From: Macrostomum lignano
Lineage: Eukaryota
DNA: 64,000 nucleotides
NCBI GenBank assembly: GCA_002269645.1
Contig: NIVC01002013.1
Location: 149,324 to 213,323, forward strand
Reading direction: 5' to 3'
Of this stretch, positions 1 to 13,556 are shown in pieces. A program made the translations under genes and the position numbers. Below the pieces are notes generated by a model. It searched no databases. It saw only the letters and a program-made list of their open reading frames with translations, and was not told the origin of the DNA. Positions within the stretch are counted from its first letter, which is position 1; each line of letters opens with the position of its first letter.

Positions 1-218
1 AACGCTCACGCGTGCGGAGAGTCCTAAATTATCGATGTACAACTATTATACAAAACGCTCACGCGTGCGGAGAGTCCTAAATTATCGATGTACAACTATT
101 ATACAAAACGCTCACGCGTGCGGAGAGTCCTAAATTATCGATGTACAACTATTATACAAAACGCTTACGCGTGCGGAGAGGTATAAATTATCGGTGTACA
201 ACTATTATACAAAACGCT
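1..218. repeat. 53-bp minisatellite, about 4 copies, truncated by the window start
   Basis: Unit aacgctcacgcgtgcggagagtcctaaattatcgatgtacaactattatacaa recurs directly. Confidence 0.95.
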
Positions 219-366
219 CTAAATAGATCGTAAACACAATAGGACAAAAATAAAGCGGCCCAATTGAGGGCCACAATACGGAAAAAACGTTGAGGAAATA
301 GGAAAAGATACGAATTTTGTCAGTTTATACACGTATGCATAAACCTGACTACGCGACTCCGCGCAG

Positions 367-539
367 GCCACATGCAACTGTTGGACAATCGCCGAGTACT
401 TCACGGTCGTCTGGCGTTCAACGTGATAGGAACTGCTGAACGATTCCTGCACGGCGGCTACGTGGAATGGGACGAGGTTTACAGCCGGATGCGAAGGCTC
501 GAAGAGGCGGCCAGAGGCGACGCCAGAGAGGCGCAATAG
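367..539 (+). CDS. Probable terminal coding exon of an unidentified gene that starts upstream of the window
   Basis: Branch-like ctgac, acceptor ccgcgcag, then an open GC-rich frame HMQLLDNRRVLHGRLAFNVIGTAERFLHGGYVEWDEVYSRMRRLEEAARGDAREAQ* followed by AT-rich sequence. Family not recognised. Confidence 0.5.
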
Positions 540-1743
540 GCCTTAATTTTTTTTTTTCAAATAGTTTCATTCCTTAACAGTGCTAAAAAGCATGTCGGTT
601 AAAAGTTACTTAAATGCGGCTCTTTTAAAAAGAAATTTCTGTGTGGCTTCTAACGCCTACTCTGAGTTGAGGCCATGTGAACTCCTAAGAAGACAAGTAC
701 GAGTAGATAGAGGAAGATAGAGGCTTCGATCAATACAACAGCCTGTCTATTAAAAAGTCTATTTTTTCTATTTTTCATACCTGGCAGTTCTCTTTTTCAC
801 TCCCACTATTTGCTGAGCTATAGAGGCTGTATAAAAGAGTTGTGTGCGAAAAGACCTTAGGAATAAATGCCTTATACTGCTATATATATATACGCTACTC
901 CAAGTCCGCTCCGTGTTTTTGCCTAACACCCCACAACTTAGTTACATTTACAGCATTCTCTCACCCTCTCAGAGGTGTGTTTACCCACACCTCTCCTCCA
1001 CTGCTTGCGCGACTCCGTGATGCAGATGATTGACTGACACGATCGGGAGCTGGGAGACTGGCAGACCCTTGTCTGTCTCATCCAGCAGTGCATCTTGAAA
1101 TATGGAATTTTCTCAGTAACCAAATCAAAAACTTCAGAACCAGATTCACTGATTCATATAAGAAAGCGCTAGAAAAAAGTTAATTTTGCACTTCAGACTC
1201 TAAGCAATAGCAAATCGTTGTGGCTTGTTTTCAAATAAAATGACCCGTGATTTTCGCCCGTGTTCATTCATTATTATCGACCATTTTTGTGTACCTCCGT
1301 TAGTCAATTGGCCATAGAGAGAACCTATAGCGCAAACTATGGGCCAGAGGAGGGCAGAGAGGAGAGAATAAAGGAGAAGGAGAGAGGAGAGGAAAGGAAA
1401 AGAGAGGAGAAAAGAGAGGACAGGAAAGATTAGAGATTGAAGAGAGTTGACAACATATTTAGAGACACAAACCTTGAGCGGGCCTGATTTGGCCTACCCC
1501 TGAATAAGCTAATTAATAAGCTTTCCTAAACCAAAGTCTTATCCAAGAGGCCTCAATTAACCGGGAGTATCGCAGCAACTTCTGCACGTTCAGTTTCAAT
1601 GTTGCGATTGCGTAGAAAATTTTTATTTGGAAACATATAAACATCAGAGTCGAATGGTGCAGGTAAATTTCTCGAGTTTTAACAAGTACTGGGACAACAG
1701 GAAGACGATCGTGTAGAGGTGGCCTCGCTGAGGAGCTCTGGCA

Positions 1744-2544
1744 CTACATCAGCACTCTGTCTTCTGTGCCGCCAGCTGATGAAGAAGCGACGCCATTCTT
1801 TGGCAGCATCGCCGAGGTGACTTCCGCTCCGGTGCCGAAGTCTTCAAAATCGTCAATAATATCGCCATCGTCCTCTGGAACGGCGAGTGTCGCAAAGACT
1901 AAGTCCGGGGGCGTCTGAGGTGGAGTCAGGGGCGGCGGTGGTGCCAATGGCATTGGAGGCGGAGGCAGCGGAGGTTGCGTTGGCGGCGGCGCATTCAGCA
2001 AAGACGAGTCCTCCACTGCTGCACCGGAAGCAATGGATGCGGCTGCTGCTGCTGCTGCTGCAACGGAGGCGTTGCGTCGAGCTCGCGACCTCGCCCGAAG
2101 ATGGCAGACCGTCATGCCGAGCGCCATCAGCGCCATCAGGACTGCCAGAATCGCGGCTGTCCTCAGCCCGTCCCAGGGGTCATAGTCTAGCCGTTCAATT
2201 CGTGACTTGACCCCGTCGTTGCGATAATATTTGTACAGCTCGTCGAACGAGATCAATCGGCGATCTTTGAAAGCCTGCTGGAGGCGACTCGGCGAGACAG
2301 ACCGACCAAGGCTGCCTTCTTCGGTACGATTGTTGGCGGAGGCATTGGCGACCACTGCGGGAACCATCGGGAGCATTGACTGTGCAGATCTGCTTTCTAT
2401 CATCCCCCGAGAGCAGCTGCGGTCAGTGGCGGTCGGGCTCTGTATGCCTAAATGAACTCTCATTTTTACCCCCCCCCCTCCAGCAGGGATAGCCAATCGG
2501 GAATCGAGGGGAGCAGAGAGGCCTACAGCTGGGCGCGGCTCCAT
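1744..2544 (-). CDS. Single-pass membrane protein, 266 aa, with Ala/Pro-rich and acidic tail
   Basis: ATG-initiated non-repetitive ORF. Hydrophobic stretch TAAILAVLMALMALGMTVCHL follows YDPWDGLR and precedes basic RARSRARR. Family not recognised. Confidence 0.75.
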   Translation of the reverse strand: MEPRPAVGLSAPLDSRLAIPAGGGGVKMRVHLGIQSPTATDRSCSRGMIESRSAQSMLPMVPAVVANASANNRTEEGSLGRSVSPSRLQQAFKDRRLISFDELYKYYRNDGVKSRIERLDYDPWDGLRTAAILAVLMALMALGMTVCHLRARSRARRNASVAAAAAAAASIASGAAVEDSSLLNAPPPTQPPLPPPPMPLAPPPPLTPPQTPPDLVFATLAVPEDDGDIIDDFEDFGTGAEVTSAMLPKNGVASSSAGGTEDRVLM

Positions 2545-3151
2545 GGACCTTATTTATCTAGGTCTTTGCGCTGCTTTTGCTAGAGTCAAGTTTCCTAATT
2601 TTCCTCGAGAAGGACAGTACACATGGCTCTCAACAAAGCAGGGAAGAGGGAAAACTGACCCTGTTGCCATAGCGTTGGGATCTGGGATGCTGCAGCGAGA
2701 TTGGGATGCATTTTCATTCGAAGAATAGCTATAGGTACAACCTGTATCTTCCCTCGGATAGTCTATTGGAGAGCAGATCTTTGAGTGGGGGGGGACAAAA
2801 TGTCACGTGAGAGCTCACCTCACGCGAATCGCTTGGGGGCAAATCCCCTATGCCAGGGCTCGAGCACTTGAGTTGGGGATTCCTGTTTTGTAGGATAGAA
2901 ATTTGCTCGCCCCCTCTCGATTCTACTGATGAGGCCAACGATTGCGTTGGAAAGGGCCACCCAGGGACTTGAGGCGGGGCTCATATGCTCATATTAAGTA
3001 CATGAGCATTGGCGAACTAAGACATTTTTGATTTTCTGCGTGAAACAAACTTGAAGTGCTTCTCGGATATTCATCAACTACAGAGCTGGCTTGCAGCCTT
3101 AAAGCCAGAAAAGGCATTGCCTTGCTAGAATAACTATCTAGAAACATCCCA

Positions 3152-4325
3152 TAGTGACAGAGTGACATGGTGACAGAGTGACATGGTGACAAAGTGACAT
3201 GGTGACAGAGTGACATGGTGACAGAGTGACATGGTGACAGAGTGACATGGTGACAGAGTGACATGGTGACAGAGTGACATGGTGACAGAGTGACATGGTG
3301 ACAGAGTGACATGGTGACAGAGTGACATGGTGACAGAGTGACATGGTGACAGAGTGACATGGTGACAGAGTGACATGGTGACAGAGTGACATGGTGACAG
3401 AGTGACATGGTGACAGAGTGACATGGTGACAGAGTGACATGGTGACAGAGTGACATGGTGACAGAGTGACATGGTGACAGAGTGACATGGTGACAGAGTG
3501 ACATGGTGACAGAGTGACATGGTGACAGAGTGACATGGTGACAGAGTGACATGGTGACAGAGTGACATGGTGACAGAGTGACATGGTGACAGAGTGACAT
3601 GGTGACAGAGTGACATGGTGACAGAGTGACATGGTGACAGAGTGACATGGTGACAGAGTGACATGGTGACAGAGTGACATGGTGACAGAGTGACATGGTG
3701 ACAGAGTGACATGGTGACAGAGTGACATGGTGACAGAGTGACATGGTGACAGAGTGACATGGTGACAGAGTGACATGGTGACAGAGTGACATGGTGACAG
3801 AGTGACATGGTGACAGAGTGACATGGTGACAGAGTGACATGGTGACAGAGTGACATGGTGACAGAGTGACATGGTGACATGGTGACAGAGTGACATGGTG
3901 ACAGAGTGACATGGTGACAGAGTGACATGGTGACAGAGTGACATGGTGACAGAGTGACATGGTGACAGAGTGACATGGTGACAGAGTGACATGGTGACAG
4001 AGTGACATGGTGACAGAGTGACATGGTGACAGAGTGACATGGTGACAGAGTGACATGGTGACAGAGTGACATGGTGACAGAGTGATATGGTGACAGAGTG
4101 ACATGGTGACAGAGTGACATGGTGACAGGGTGACATGGTGACAGAGTGACATGGTGACAGAGTGACATGGTGACAGAGTGACATGGTGACAGAGTGACAT
4201 GGTAACAGAGTGATATTGTGACAGAGTGATATGGTGACAGAGTAACAACGGACAGAGTGACGGTGGACAGAGTGACATGGTGACAGAGTGACAATGGACA
4301 GAGTGACGGTGGGCAGAGTGACATG
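3152..4325. repeat. 16-bp minisatellite (gtgacagagtgacatg)n, about 70 copies
   Basis: Near-perfect tandem array that decays at the right edge. It produces the spurious ORFs at 2989-4427. Confidence 0.98.
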
Positions 4326-7112
4326 GAGACATGCGCATTCTAATGTAAGACGCCTGTGAAATTTGAAATTTTTAGGGAATAAAGGGAATAATGAGAAAGA
4401 ATATTTTAACCAAACTATTAAGTCCACTCGTGCATGCCCTCAATGCAGGTGACGCTACTTAAATACGAAAATACGCAAAATACTAATAAATATTAATCTG
4501 AACGTGTGTCTAGATCTCCAGACCTTAAGGGAATATGCACTACCTGGAATAGTGCATTATTCAATTATTCTTTTTGGCTTGTATATTATAGATAATACGA
4601 GTATATAGTATAGCTACTCGTATTTATGGTTCGTATATTCATAAGTCCGCGGGCCCAGCCCAGTTGCTAGGGTTCACCCAAGCGGAGCAGGGCTAGAAGG
4701 ATTCCCTCCACCATGCAGCCTCAGGCGCATGCCTGACTGACTGCATGACGTGGCGTGAGGCCCGCCAATATAAAAGTGGGGCATTGAAAATCGCCACAAT
4801 GCCAAATATTTTTTTAGAATAAGCCGCTGAGAAGCATCTTTGTGAGTCTGGGTCACGTTATCTACATCTTTGATGCGGAAATCTGTTGGAACTTTTAAAG
4901 AAAGTAAAGCTATTGTGTCGCGAGCTATTGTTGATAAAGGTAGTATTATCGCATCGTTCACTGTGCTCACTCAGTGTGATTCACTACATAGAGAGTGACT
5001 CATTCAGCGTGATTCACTATATGTAAGACTCTGTGTGAGACTCAGTTAGTGTGATTTTTCGTGTGTGATCCATCAGAGTGACTCATCGTGTGTGTGGTTC
5101 ACTCGGTGTGTGTTTATTAGGATGCAATCTACTCACTCACTCATTCACTCATAGTGTGACTCTCACTCAGCAAGATTGCAGCCCGGACAGCATCCCACGG
5201 CTCATCCAGTTCCTTCGGGTGACAAGACGAGCCATTGTCTTCCCCACGGAAGATCACGCTGCAGGACGGACCGGCGGACCACCCTGACCGGCCCCCATGC
5301 CTCTGCCTGTCTGCTGGCCTTCAGGGGCCGGCGGAATGGGCGACCCTCGCCTCCCCGCTGTGTCTACCGACCACCCTGCAGCTGAGTCAAGTAAGTCAGC
5401 AAGATTGACTGTGCGTGGCTCACTTAAGAAGCGCAACTTATTCTTTGTCAAATTGAGTTGCCCCTGGCCCTGTTTCACTCAATGTGACTCACAGAGAATG
5501 GTTAGTGAATTGATAAACGTCACGTGATTGCCATACTTCAGACCAGAAGTTCATTATAATGCCTCCAGAAATTCAGGAAGCTCCCTGTGTTCCTTTCTCT
5601 TATTTTCTTCTGGCAGGCACAGCAGACATGAGGGAAAACTGCCTGCAGGCTATGTGGACAAGAAATGAAAATTTGTTGGCAATCAGAGATTGGCCCCCGA
5701 GGGGAAATGGCTCTCTGCTATCGCTAATGAGGCTGCAGCAGACTTTAGCATCTCAATTTTTCAAGCTAGTATGAATTCATCATTCAATATTCTGTATTAT
5801 TTCTACAATAGTTTGATAACAAATACAGTTTACCAAATCTTTGTAGAATTCTCCGGTAGGCTAATCTCTATAAACTTACAGAAGCCGATCAAACAAGGTT
5901 TGTCAATCTTCAGCCTTTACTCTACGGAAATTCAAACTCAAAGGCAAACCGCCTCACACTCGAAAGCTCACTACAAACGATTTTAGGCCCATAATTGAGT
6001 GTAAAAGAATTAAACTAATAGACAATTATAGATAACTGACCTCAGTTCACGCAGTCTCTCCCTTCACAAAGCACTCAGATCGATGAATATATTATGAAAG
6101 CCAAAAAAGAAAGCTCATTGACCTAAAAAGAAAAACGAGGGAAGCGAAACAGGCTATGATTCTAGAGATATGTATTTTGAGCAGAAGTGCAACTTCGATC
6201 GTTCTGCGATGAAGATCTTTATCGGTACCAACTGTTACACATACTTGCAGTCTTCGGATGAGAATATACGATCGATATTGACGTATTTTGTTTATCATCA
6301 GGCTATTAAAGCATTACCACCTGTGTACAGGTACATCTCTAGCCATGTAAAATGGCTTGAGCTATAAGTGCTGCATGGAGCCAAATGCACTTATATCCAA
6401 CATCTATGCATGCATTGCAAAGATCGAAACAGCCAAGCTTTTATAGACACACGTCACACAATATTGCGTGTAGTTGCAGAACCTCACTCAAAACTGCAGT
6501 ACAGCAAGTTATTCTACATCCTTTTAGTTCCCTTTACCCAGACTCTCGGCCCATTAGCAGCAGCTGTGGCGCTGAACTCATCTTTTAACCGGACTCACGC
6601 GATTACGATCAATAAAAGGTAAACAGAAATTATGCTTCCTGCACGCGATGGTTATATTAAGTGATGGGTACAGATGCATATATATGACGTACACTAATAT
6701 CATCCACTTTAATTTAACTCCGCGTGTATATATTTCTTAATTAATTTTCCCAACTCGCTCATTCTAAACACAATTAATTGACATGTACTTAAAAAAACTA
6801 CTTACAGAACTCATGTATTGTAATTATTATTAATTTGTAAATCATGCTTCTGGCCTATATATACTCGTAAGGTCAAAGCTGCACATGTTTGTAAAGTTAT
6901 ATTATACTTCGATAACTTATAGGTGTAAGCATATAGCACGACTCCCGCCTCTCTACAAGAATGTTACGAGTACAAACCAAAGGATCACTGCACTAGGGCA
7001 TACATAATTACATTAATAGATCATCCATTACGTACTTGCCCTCATCCAGTGTAAAAGTGCGCTGTTGCTGTCACTTCAGGAGAGGACAATCACACATACA
7101 TGTAAGTATAAG

Positions 7113-7472
7113 CAGGCGCGTCGCCACCGGGGGGACAGGGGGGACATGTTCCCCCCTGTAAAAACTATGGGGGACATGCCAATGCTTTGTCCCCCCACCC
7201 CATCTTGTGACTCGTTGTGCTAATCAATAATTTTTCTTCAGGGCGCCAAAATATAGCGCTTTCGGCGCCAAAATGAGTGCCTGCGTCGCTAAAATGAGTG
7301 CCTGCGTCGCTATAAAAGGAATGCCTGCGGTGCCAAAGTGAGTGATTGCGGCGCCAAAATGAGCGCTGACAAACACGATTCTCAAAATAATGGAAATGTA
7401 AAAAATTTAGTCATGTACATGTTGAATTCTTGGCTTTGTCCCCCCACCATAAAATCCATGGCGACGCCCCTG
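7113..7472. mobile_element. hAT-type MITE
   Basis: TIRs caggcgcgtcgcca / tggcgacgcccctg and an 8-bp target duplication agtataag on both sides. CAGG termini with 8-bp TSD are typical of hAT. Confidence 0.85.
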
Positions 7473-8142
7473 AGTATAAGTCTTCAGGCCCCAGGCTTCA
7501 GGCACGTACTGATCCCGCGGAAAGGCCGGGATAGGGCGATAGCTACTTGAATAGGACGAAACGACGGCGCTTCGTCGACAGCTTGCTGGGTGATGCCCAG
7601 CAGCGCCCAAACTCTTGTTAAGCACTTAAACAGTAAGCCTTAAAAAAATAGTACTTTCAGCTCTTATAACCCTTTTAGATGTTTTAAGGTCTTATTCAGA
7701 GTGTTTAACGATTGTTTAACAATGTCTATTTTGGCGCAAATTTGAATATAACGAAGGAGGCCAAGAAATTTTTCCAAATACATGCCCTATTATATATTGG
7801 CTAAACAGGCTAATTGCCTGAGCCAAATTCTTACTACTACTGAAACCTCAAGCCAGCACAATCATCATGGCTCTAGCCTCTTTGTGGCAAGGCAAATTAA
7901 GAGAAGGCCTAGACAAGAGTAAGGCAAAGCCCACATGAAAATATGTCTATTAGGCCTACTAATATTAATACTACTACTAGGCCTAACTATTACTATTACT
8001 TATATCCTTATTTATTGGGCAAATATTTATTTTCTGGACCTAATTAATAATGGCAGGTAATATTAATAAATTCAGGCAAACGCATAGCATATCGTATATA
8101 TTATTTATTAGGCTAGGCCTAATTGTATTGTAGGGTAGGGCC

Positions 8143-9630
8143 CTGGGTTTTTTTGCCAGAGACAAGGTGCGAAATCGCACCTTGTGCCAAATTTTAAGGT
8201 GCGATTTTAAGGCTCAGAGTGCAATTTCTCTTGAGTCTTATTTCAGACAACTGGGAATGTATATTTTAATATCTTAGATAAGGCTATAGTATAGCCATAG
8301 GCTATATGGCATTCCTTCGGTTTACGATCATTTTTCCACCCACATTTCGGTTCACGATCCCCATGTAATTTTTCATATAAATGATCATAGCTTGCTTGAA
8401 ATAAACAAAAATTGTTAAACTGAGCTTATTCGTTACATTAGAAAGAACTGAACAGAATAGCCGACAAATGGTTTCTTCAATGGCATTGTGATGACGAGGA
8501 TCCTATATATCCACTTCGGTTCACGATCATTTACATGTATTTCTTCAATTTAAATGATCGTGAACTGAAGCTAAGGGGGGTGTCGAAGACATATGTAGTC
8601 ATATATTTATTTGTTGGCTTGTTGGCAATTGAAATGTCATCTTGAGTTAACGTGCGCTCCCAAGTAACTTGATGCTTTATTATTCTCTGCACGCTGCCAC
8701 CCCCCTCAGCTTCAGTTTATGATCATTTACATGTATTTCTTCAATTTAAATGATCGTGAACCGAAGCTAAGGGGGGGGGTGTCGAAGACATATGTAGTCA
8801 TATATTTATCAAGGACTACTTAAGAACACAGGACGTTACACTTGCAAATATTGGCAGAATTCTAAAAGGCCGCTTTGAATGCATGTGTCTATGGTTTTAG
8901 TGGCCTTTTTGCTTAGTTATTATTATTATTGCTTTATTATTCTCTGCACGCTGCCACCCCCCCTCAGCTTCGGTTTACAATCATTTACATGTATTTTTGC
9001 CATTTAAATGATCGTAAACCGAAGTGGATATATAGGATCGTCTTCATGGAACAGTTCTGAGACGTGAAATGGTACACTAAAACCCCCTACCTTCGGTTCA
9101 CGATCATTTACATGTATTTCTGCCATTTAAATGATCGTAAACCGAAGTGGATATATAGGATCCTCTGCATGGAACAGTTCTGAAATGAGTTCTATAATGA
9201 GCAACTCTTTCAATTTGATGAATGTATGCGAATGAACAGATCTCTTTGCATCGTTTCATTCTGGTTGGCATTCAATTGTTTGACAACAGAAAAATAAGAA
9301 GGCTTGGAGTGATTTCAGTGCTGGTTTAAAAAATGATTAAAAACACGAATTTCTTACTCTTGCATATCTTTCTTATGGGGATCGTCACCAATTTCAGGGA
9401 TCGTAAACCGAAGGAATGCCGGCTATATCGCCTATATGACTTAATAGGATTTAAAGAGTTATTTTGTTTCATATTTTAAGGCAGTGCATGAAAAATAGCT
9501 TAAGCATGGTTAAGCCTTTAAAGAAAAATGGTTATAAGACTGCACCTAAACCGCAACTACTTTTTTAATTTCAGGGTGCAATTTTAAAATTCAGGGTGCA
9601 TATGCACACTCTGCGCACAAAAAAACCCTG
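8143..9630. mobile_element. Non-autonomous hAT-like element
   Basis: TIRs ctgggtttttttg / caaaaaaaccctg and 8-bp TSD gtagggcc (8135-8142 and 9631-9638). Confidence 0.8.
8308..9420. mobile_element. Nested non-autonomous TIR element, superfamily uncertain (8-bp TSD, GG termini, possibly Merlin-like)
   Basis: Perfect 22-bp TIR ggcattccttcggtttacgatc, TSD ggctatat on both sides, and many internal cttcggttcacgatc copies in both orientations. Confidence 0.85.
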
Positions 9631-11143
9631 GTAGGGCCTATTGCATACATAAAGATAAAATTGTATTGCACCCTTTGCCTTTGACTTTGGCTTGGTCTAG
9701 AACATTTGTAATGGCCTAGGCCAATGCCTAGGCTAAATAAATATTGCTAGGCCTCCCTATGCTAAAAAATTATCATTATCATCAGACATCCAAATATAGT
9801 TTCATAGACATAATCTAGTTTTATTTTTTGATACACATAGTATATTTTGCAGCTATCTTTTTAATGTTTTAGGCTTAGTGCTTAGGCCCAGGGGGTTGAC
9901 AGCTATTTTATCTGCTATAAAAGTACAATTGTTGCCAGTTTGTCTAAACTACTTTTGTTTGCTAAAATACAATAAGTAATAATGATATAATATAGTCATT
10001 TTTTGCTATAAAATATTAAGTGACATTGTTATTGATATAAGGCCTAGTATTAATATGTTTATAATAATATAAGGCCAACTGTTCCTCTGGAGGAGAAAGG
10101 AGAAGAACTTCCATCACCAGAATTCCATTCTCTGAAATTAATCAGCTGAATCCCATGACCCAAATCCCATCATCCAACTTTTCTTCAAATTCATCAAAAT
10201 CCTCTCCATGAAACTAAACACCATCAAAATCCTTTATGCAAAATAGAAATCCTCTCCATGAAACTGAAGAATATCAAAATCCTCTCCACAAAACTAGACT
10301 CAATCAAAATTTTCTCTGTCAAAAAGAATCAACTCTCAGGATTCATTTGTTAGGTTTAGGGTTAGGATTAAGGTTGGAGCTGCATAGAGCTGCATGTTAA
10401 AAGGGCCCAATAAAAATTGAGCTAATTGAATCAATAGATTGAGCAATTTAATTCTTAGTCAGTCAGTATCAGTCTCAGTTAAAGTTTACAAAAAGATTGT
10501 GCAATCTAAATCAACCCTCTATTACATAACACCAACCCCCTTCCAATACGCAGTGGCAGATAGAAATTGAAACCCTGCCTAACTACTAGGAGGTTGGTTG
10601 AATGCCATTGAACCCCAAAATGAGTATAATCTGCAATAACATTAAAAGTATGGAAATTTTTTGTTGGATACTGTGCTTTTGGTTTTCATATTTTAAGTAA
10701 ACAACTTATATCCTCAAACTCAGTGTTGCAAGATCTTTTCACCAATATAAGTCTCTTTTCTCAAATTATATAAATAAAAGAGTAGTTAGTGTTTGAAATT
10801 TCCCTATTTTTATCATTTTAATATTGAGTGTATATGCTCTGCTTACTAAAGAGGCTCAAAAGTTGATGCATTGAATTTCAATGTCCAACAACTACACAGG
10901 GCTGCCTATTGAAAGGAAAAGTAAATAAATAGTAGCCATATCATTGCGCAATTATCTATACAGTCAGCTAGTGAGCCAGGGTTCAATTCATCAAAATAGC
11001 CTATTTGTTGCATACAAAAATTCTGCATTGATATATATAAGTCCTGCATTTGAGTTGCTAGCCATCTAGGAAGAGATATGCATTAAACCTGGTTGATTGA
11101 TTGATGATCAGTCTAAGAATTTTAAAAGTAGCATCTAATCTGA

Positions 11144-11527
11144 CCTATATAACTTTTACCGACATATTTTTAGACACCTTGTCCAACACTTTTTTATGAC
11201 ACTTAAAATGTTGCAAAAAGTGTTAGAAAAAGGTGTCGTAACAATTAACTTTGCCAACATATCTTCTGACACTTTTTACAACACTTGAAATGTCATACAT
11301 GTCTAAAAATGTGTCCGTAAAGGTTTATTAATTGTTATGAAATTTTTGCTGACCCATCTTTTAGCATTTTCTATGACATTTTAAATGTCATAAAAATGTC
11401 AAAAGATGTTTTGGCAAAAGTTAATTATTCTAACACTTTTTCTAATATTTTGCAACATTTTATCTTTGAGTGTTATAAAAAAAGTATCAAAAGATGTGTT
11501 TGAATATGTTGGCAAAAGTAATATAGG
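11144..11527. mobile_element. Foldback/MITE-like inverted-repeat element
   Basis: cctatataacttttaccgacatatt at the left matches the reverse complement of aatatgttggcaaaagtaatatagg at the right. A second inner inverted pair lies near 11250 and 11410. Confidence 0.6.
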
Positions 11528-12269
11528 CCATTATCTGTAGTCTAGCTATTTATTAAGCTATTATAGCAAAAGATAGCAATTGATAGGATTTTATGGACTA
11601 ATATAGCAACTTGTTTCTATAATCAATGCTAGAATTGTGATATAGCCCATATGGCCTTGGCCTATATATAGAACTTGGTAATGCAAAAGTGCTTCTATAA
11701 AAATTCATTGAAACCAATTTTTTCTATAAATAAATATGACTTATAGTAAATAGCAATGATTAATATTGTTAGCAATCAATTCCTTAGCTCATAAAGCTGA
11801 GTTCTACCACTTTTGGTTGATACTAATAAACTGATACTAGACATTGGCATTGGCAATTGTAAACTGAAGGTAGCTAGCTACATTGCCTTAGTTGGTAATA
11901 GTAGAAAATAGTAAATTCAGGATAGTCTACCAAACAATGTTAGACAAAGCTAAACTTAGTCTTAGATAAGCCTTCTTAACTAGAGGCAAGAAAGGTAAGC
12001 CTGGAAGTAATTTCCTTTTTATTTTAGGAGGGATAATTTTTAATTCTAAATACCATACTAGTATGGATAATAAGATAAATGTGCCATATGCCTATAGTCC
12101 TAGTAATCTATATATGAATTTTTGTTAACTAGAATATATATATATTGGGTCAAACAGAAAGTTCTCACATTTTGTAGAGCCTTCCCCATGAAACAAAGTT
12201 TTTTAAAACAGGGAGGCACATCAATCCAAGATATAATTGTCATTATTATCAATCACTTTTTGTCAGCAA

Positions 12270-13023
12270 GTGATCATCAAAGCCATGTGTGGCCACACAT
12301 TGTCATCGGGGAATTGGATGGGGCCATGGTTAGGATGCTTATATTTGATATTGCAGCCAGTCTGTCCAGTTGTTGATAGTAGACAGTTGCATTAACACTC
12401 TGACCTGGGTTGAGCAGTCCCTAGTACAGCACACCTTGGCTGTCCCATCAGATGCACAGCAGGACCTTGCGGGGGTAGAGATCAGTCTTTGGCTGGGGCT
12501 AGGTGGTGCTGCTTTTGTCAACCCACAATTGGTGGCGGCGCTTGTTGAACAATAGACACCACTTCTCATCACTCGTAACAATCGACTTCAGCTAGGCTGT
12601 TGTGCATCGGTAGGACAGCAAAGTTGTTAAGGCACTGGATTGGCACTGGTAGTCAAAGGGAGTCAGATCGTGGGTACCCATTGGTTAATCTTGTATACCT
12701 TGCTAAGTGCATGTAGATGATTGACGACTGCTTGGTGTGATACTCCCAGTTCTTCTGCTAAGTTATAGGCAGTTAGGTGAGGATCATCCTATAGTAGCTG
12801 GAGGATGCAGTCGTCTTCAATGGTTGTGAGTCAACTGGATTGGGGCTGATTTTCAAGGCCCCCATTTCCAGATTGGAATCATTTAAACCAATATCGGGCC
12901 ATGAATTCGGACACAGTCCCATGGCCGAATGTGTCACATAAGCGGCGACTCAATTCAGCAGCGTTGAGACCCACTGTAAAGTCGTAAAGAAGACAGTCGG
13001 ATTTGGGGCTTGGATAGAGACAT
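12270..13023 (-). mobile_element. Degenerate mariner transposase remnant
   Basis: Minus-strand motifs QWVP, LKSIVTSDEKW, YPRKVLLCI*WDSQGVLY and NATVYYQQLDRL, with stops and frameshifts. Confidence 0.9.
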
Positions 13024-13556
13024 GTAGCATAGTATTGTAGCACTGTAGCTGAAACTTGAGTTTGGGTTGCTCTGCGTCAGTCAATGGACTTTTTATATCC
13101 CTGCACAAAAAACCTGGAAGCTTCCAGAAATTTCTGTTTAACCCAATAGAACTTTGCTTTTTAAAGTATATAAGAAATGATTTGTCTTAGCTCCCTAGAA
13201 AAAAATATAGTCATTCAATAATTCCAATCTTATTGGAATAAGTAACATTTGGTAGACATCATCTAGTATGCCTAGGAAAGTTGGTCTAGCTATGTATATG
13301 CACATGCATGGATGTATATCTATGATATAGAAATATCTGTGCATAGTGCTAGGGCAAAAGTGAATGTCACAAGCCTTGAGTGGGCTGAACGCTGAATTGC
13401 TGTTGTGAAGTTTCAAAAGACCCGAGGGCGGGATAGAGTGGCTTTGCAGGCTTAAGTTTTTCGACCCGAAAATTTGCAATACAAAAAGGGACGTAACTCG
13501 ACTAACAATTGATGCTTATAATAAACTAATCTAATAGCTCAAAATCATCATTGAGC

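Noticed and set aside
443-453. attcctgcacg motif far from the Crypton
   Set aside because: It lies within a probable coding exon (FLHG) with no other end motifs, so it is likely chance.
2925-2990. Hammerhead-ribozyme-like ctgatga...gaaa with a hairpin
   Set aside because: The base pair closing stem II next to GAAA is missing, and I could not form stem III or a cleavage triplet.
6092-6622. Broken ORFs that might be a transposase remnant
   Set aside because: No recognisable motif of any superfamily.
10352-10375. Telomere-like ttagggttagg runs (also at 26605)
   Set aside because: Only one or two units, too short to call an interstitial telomere or Helentron end.
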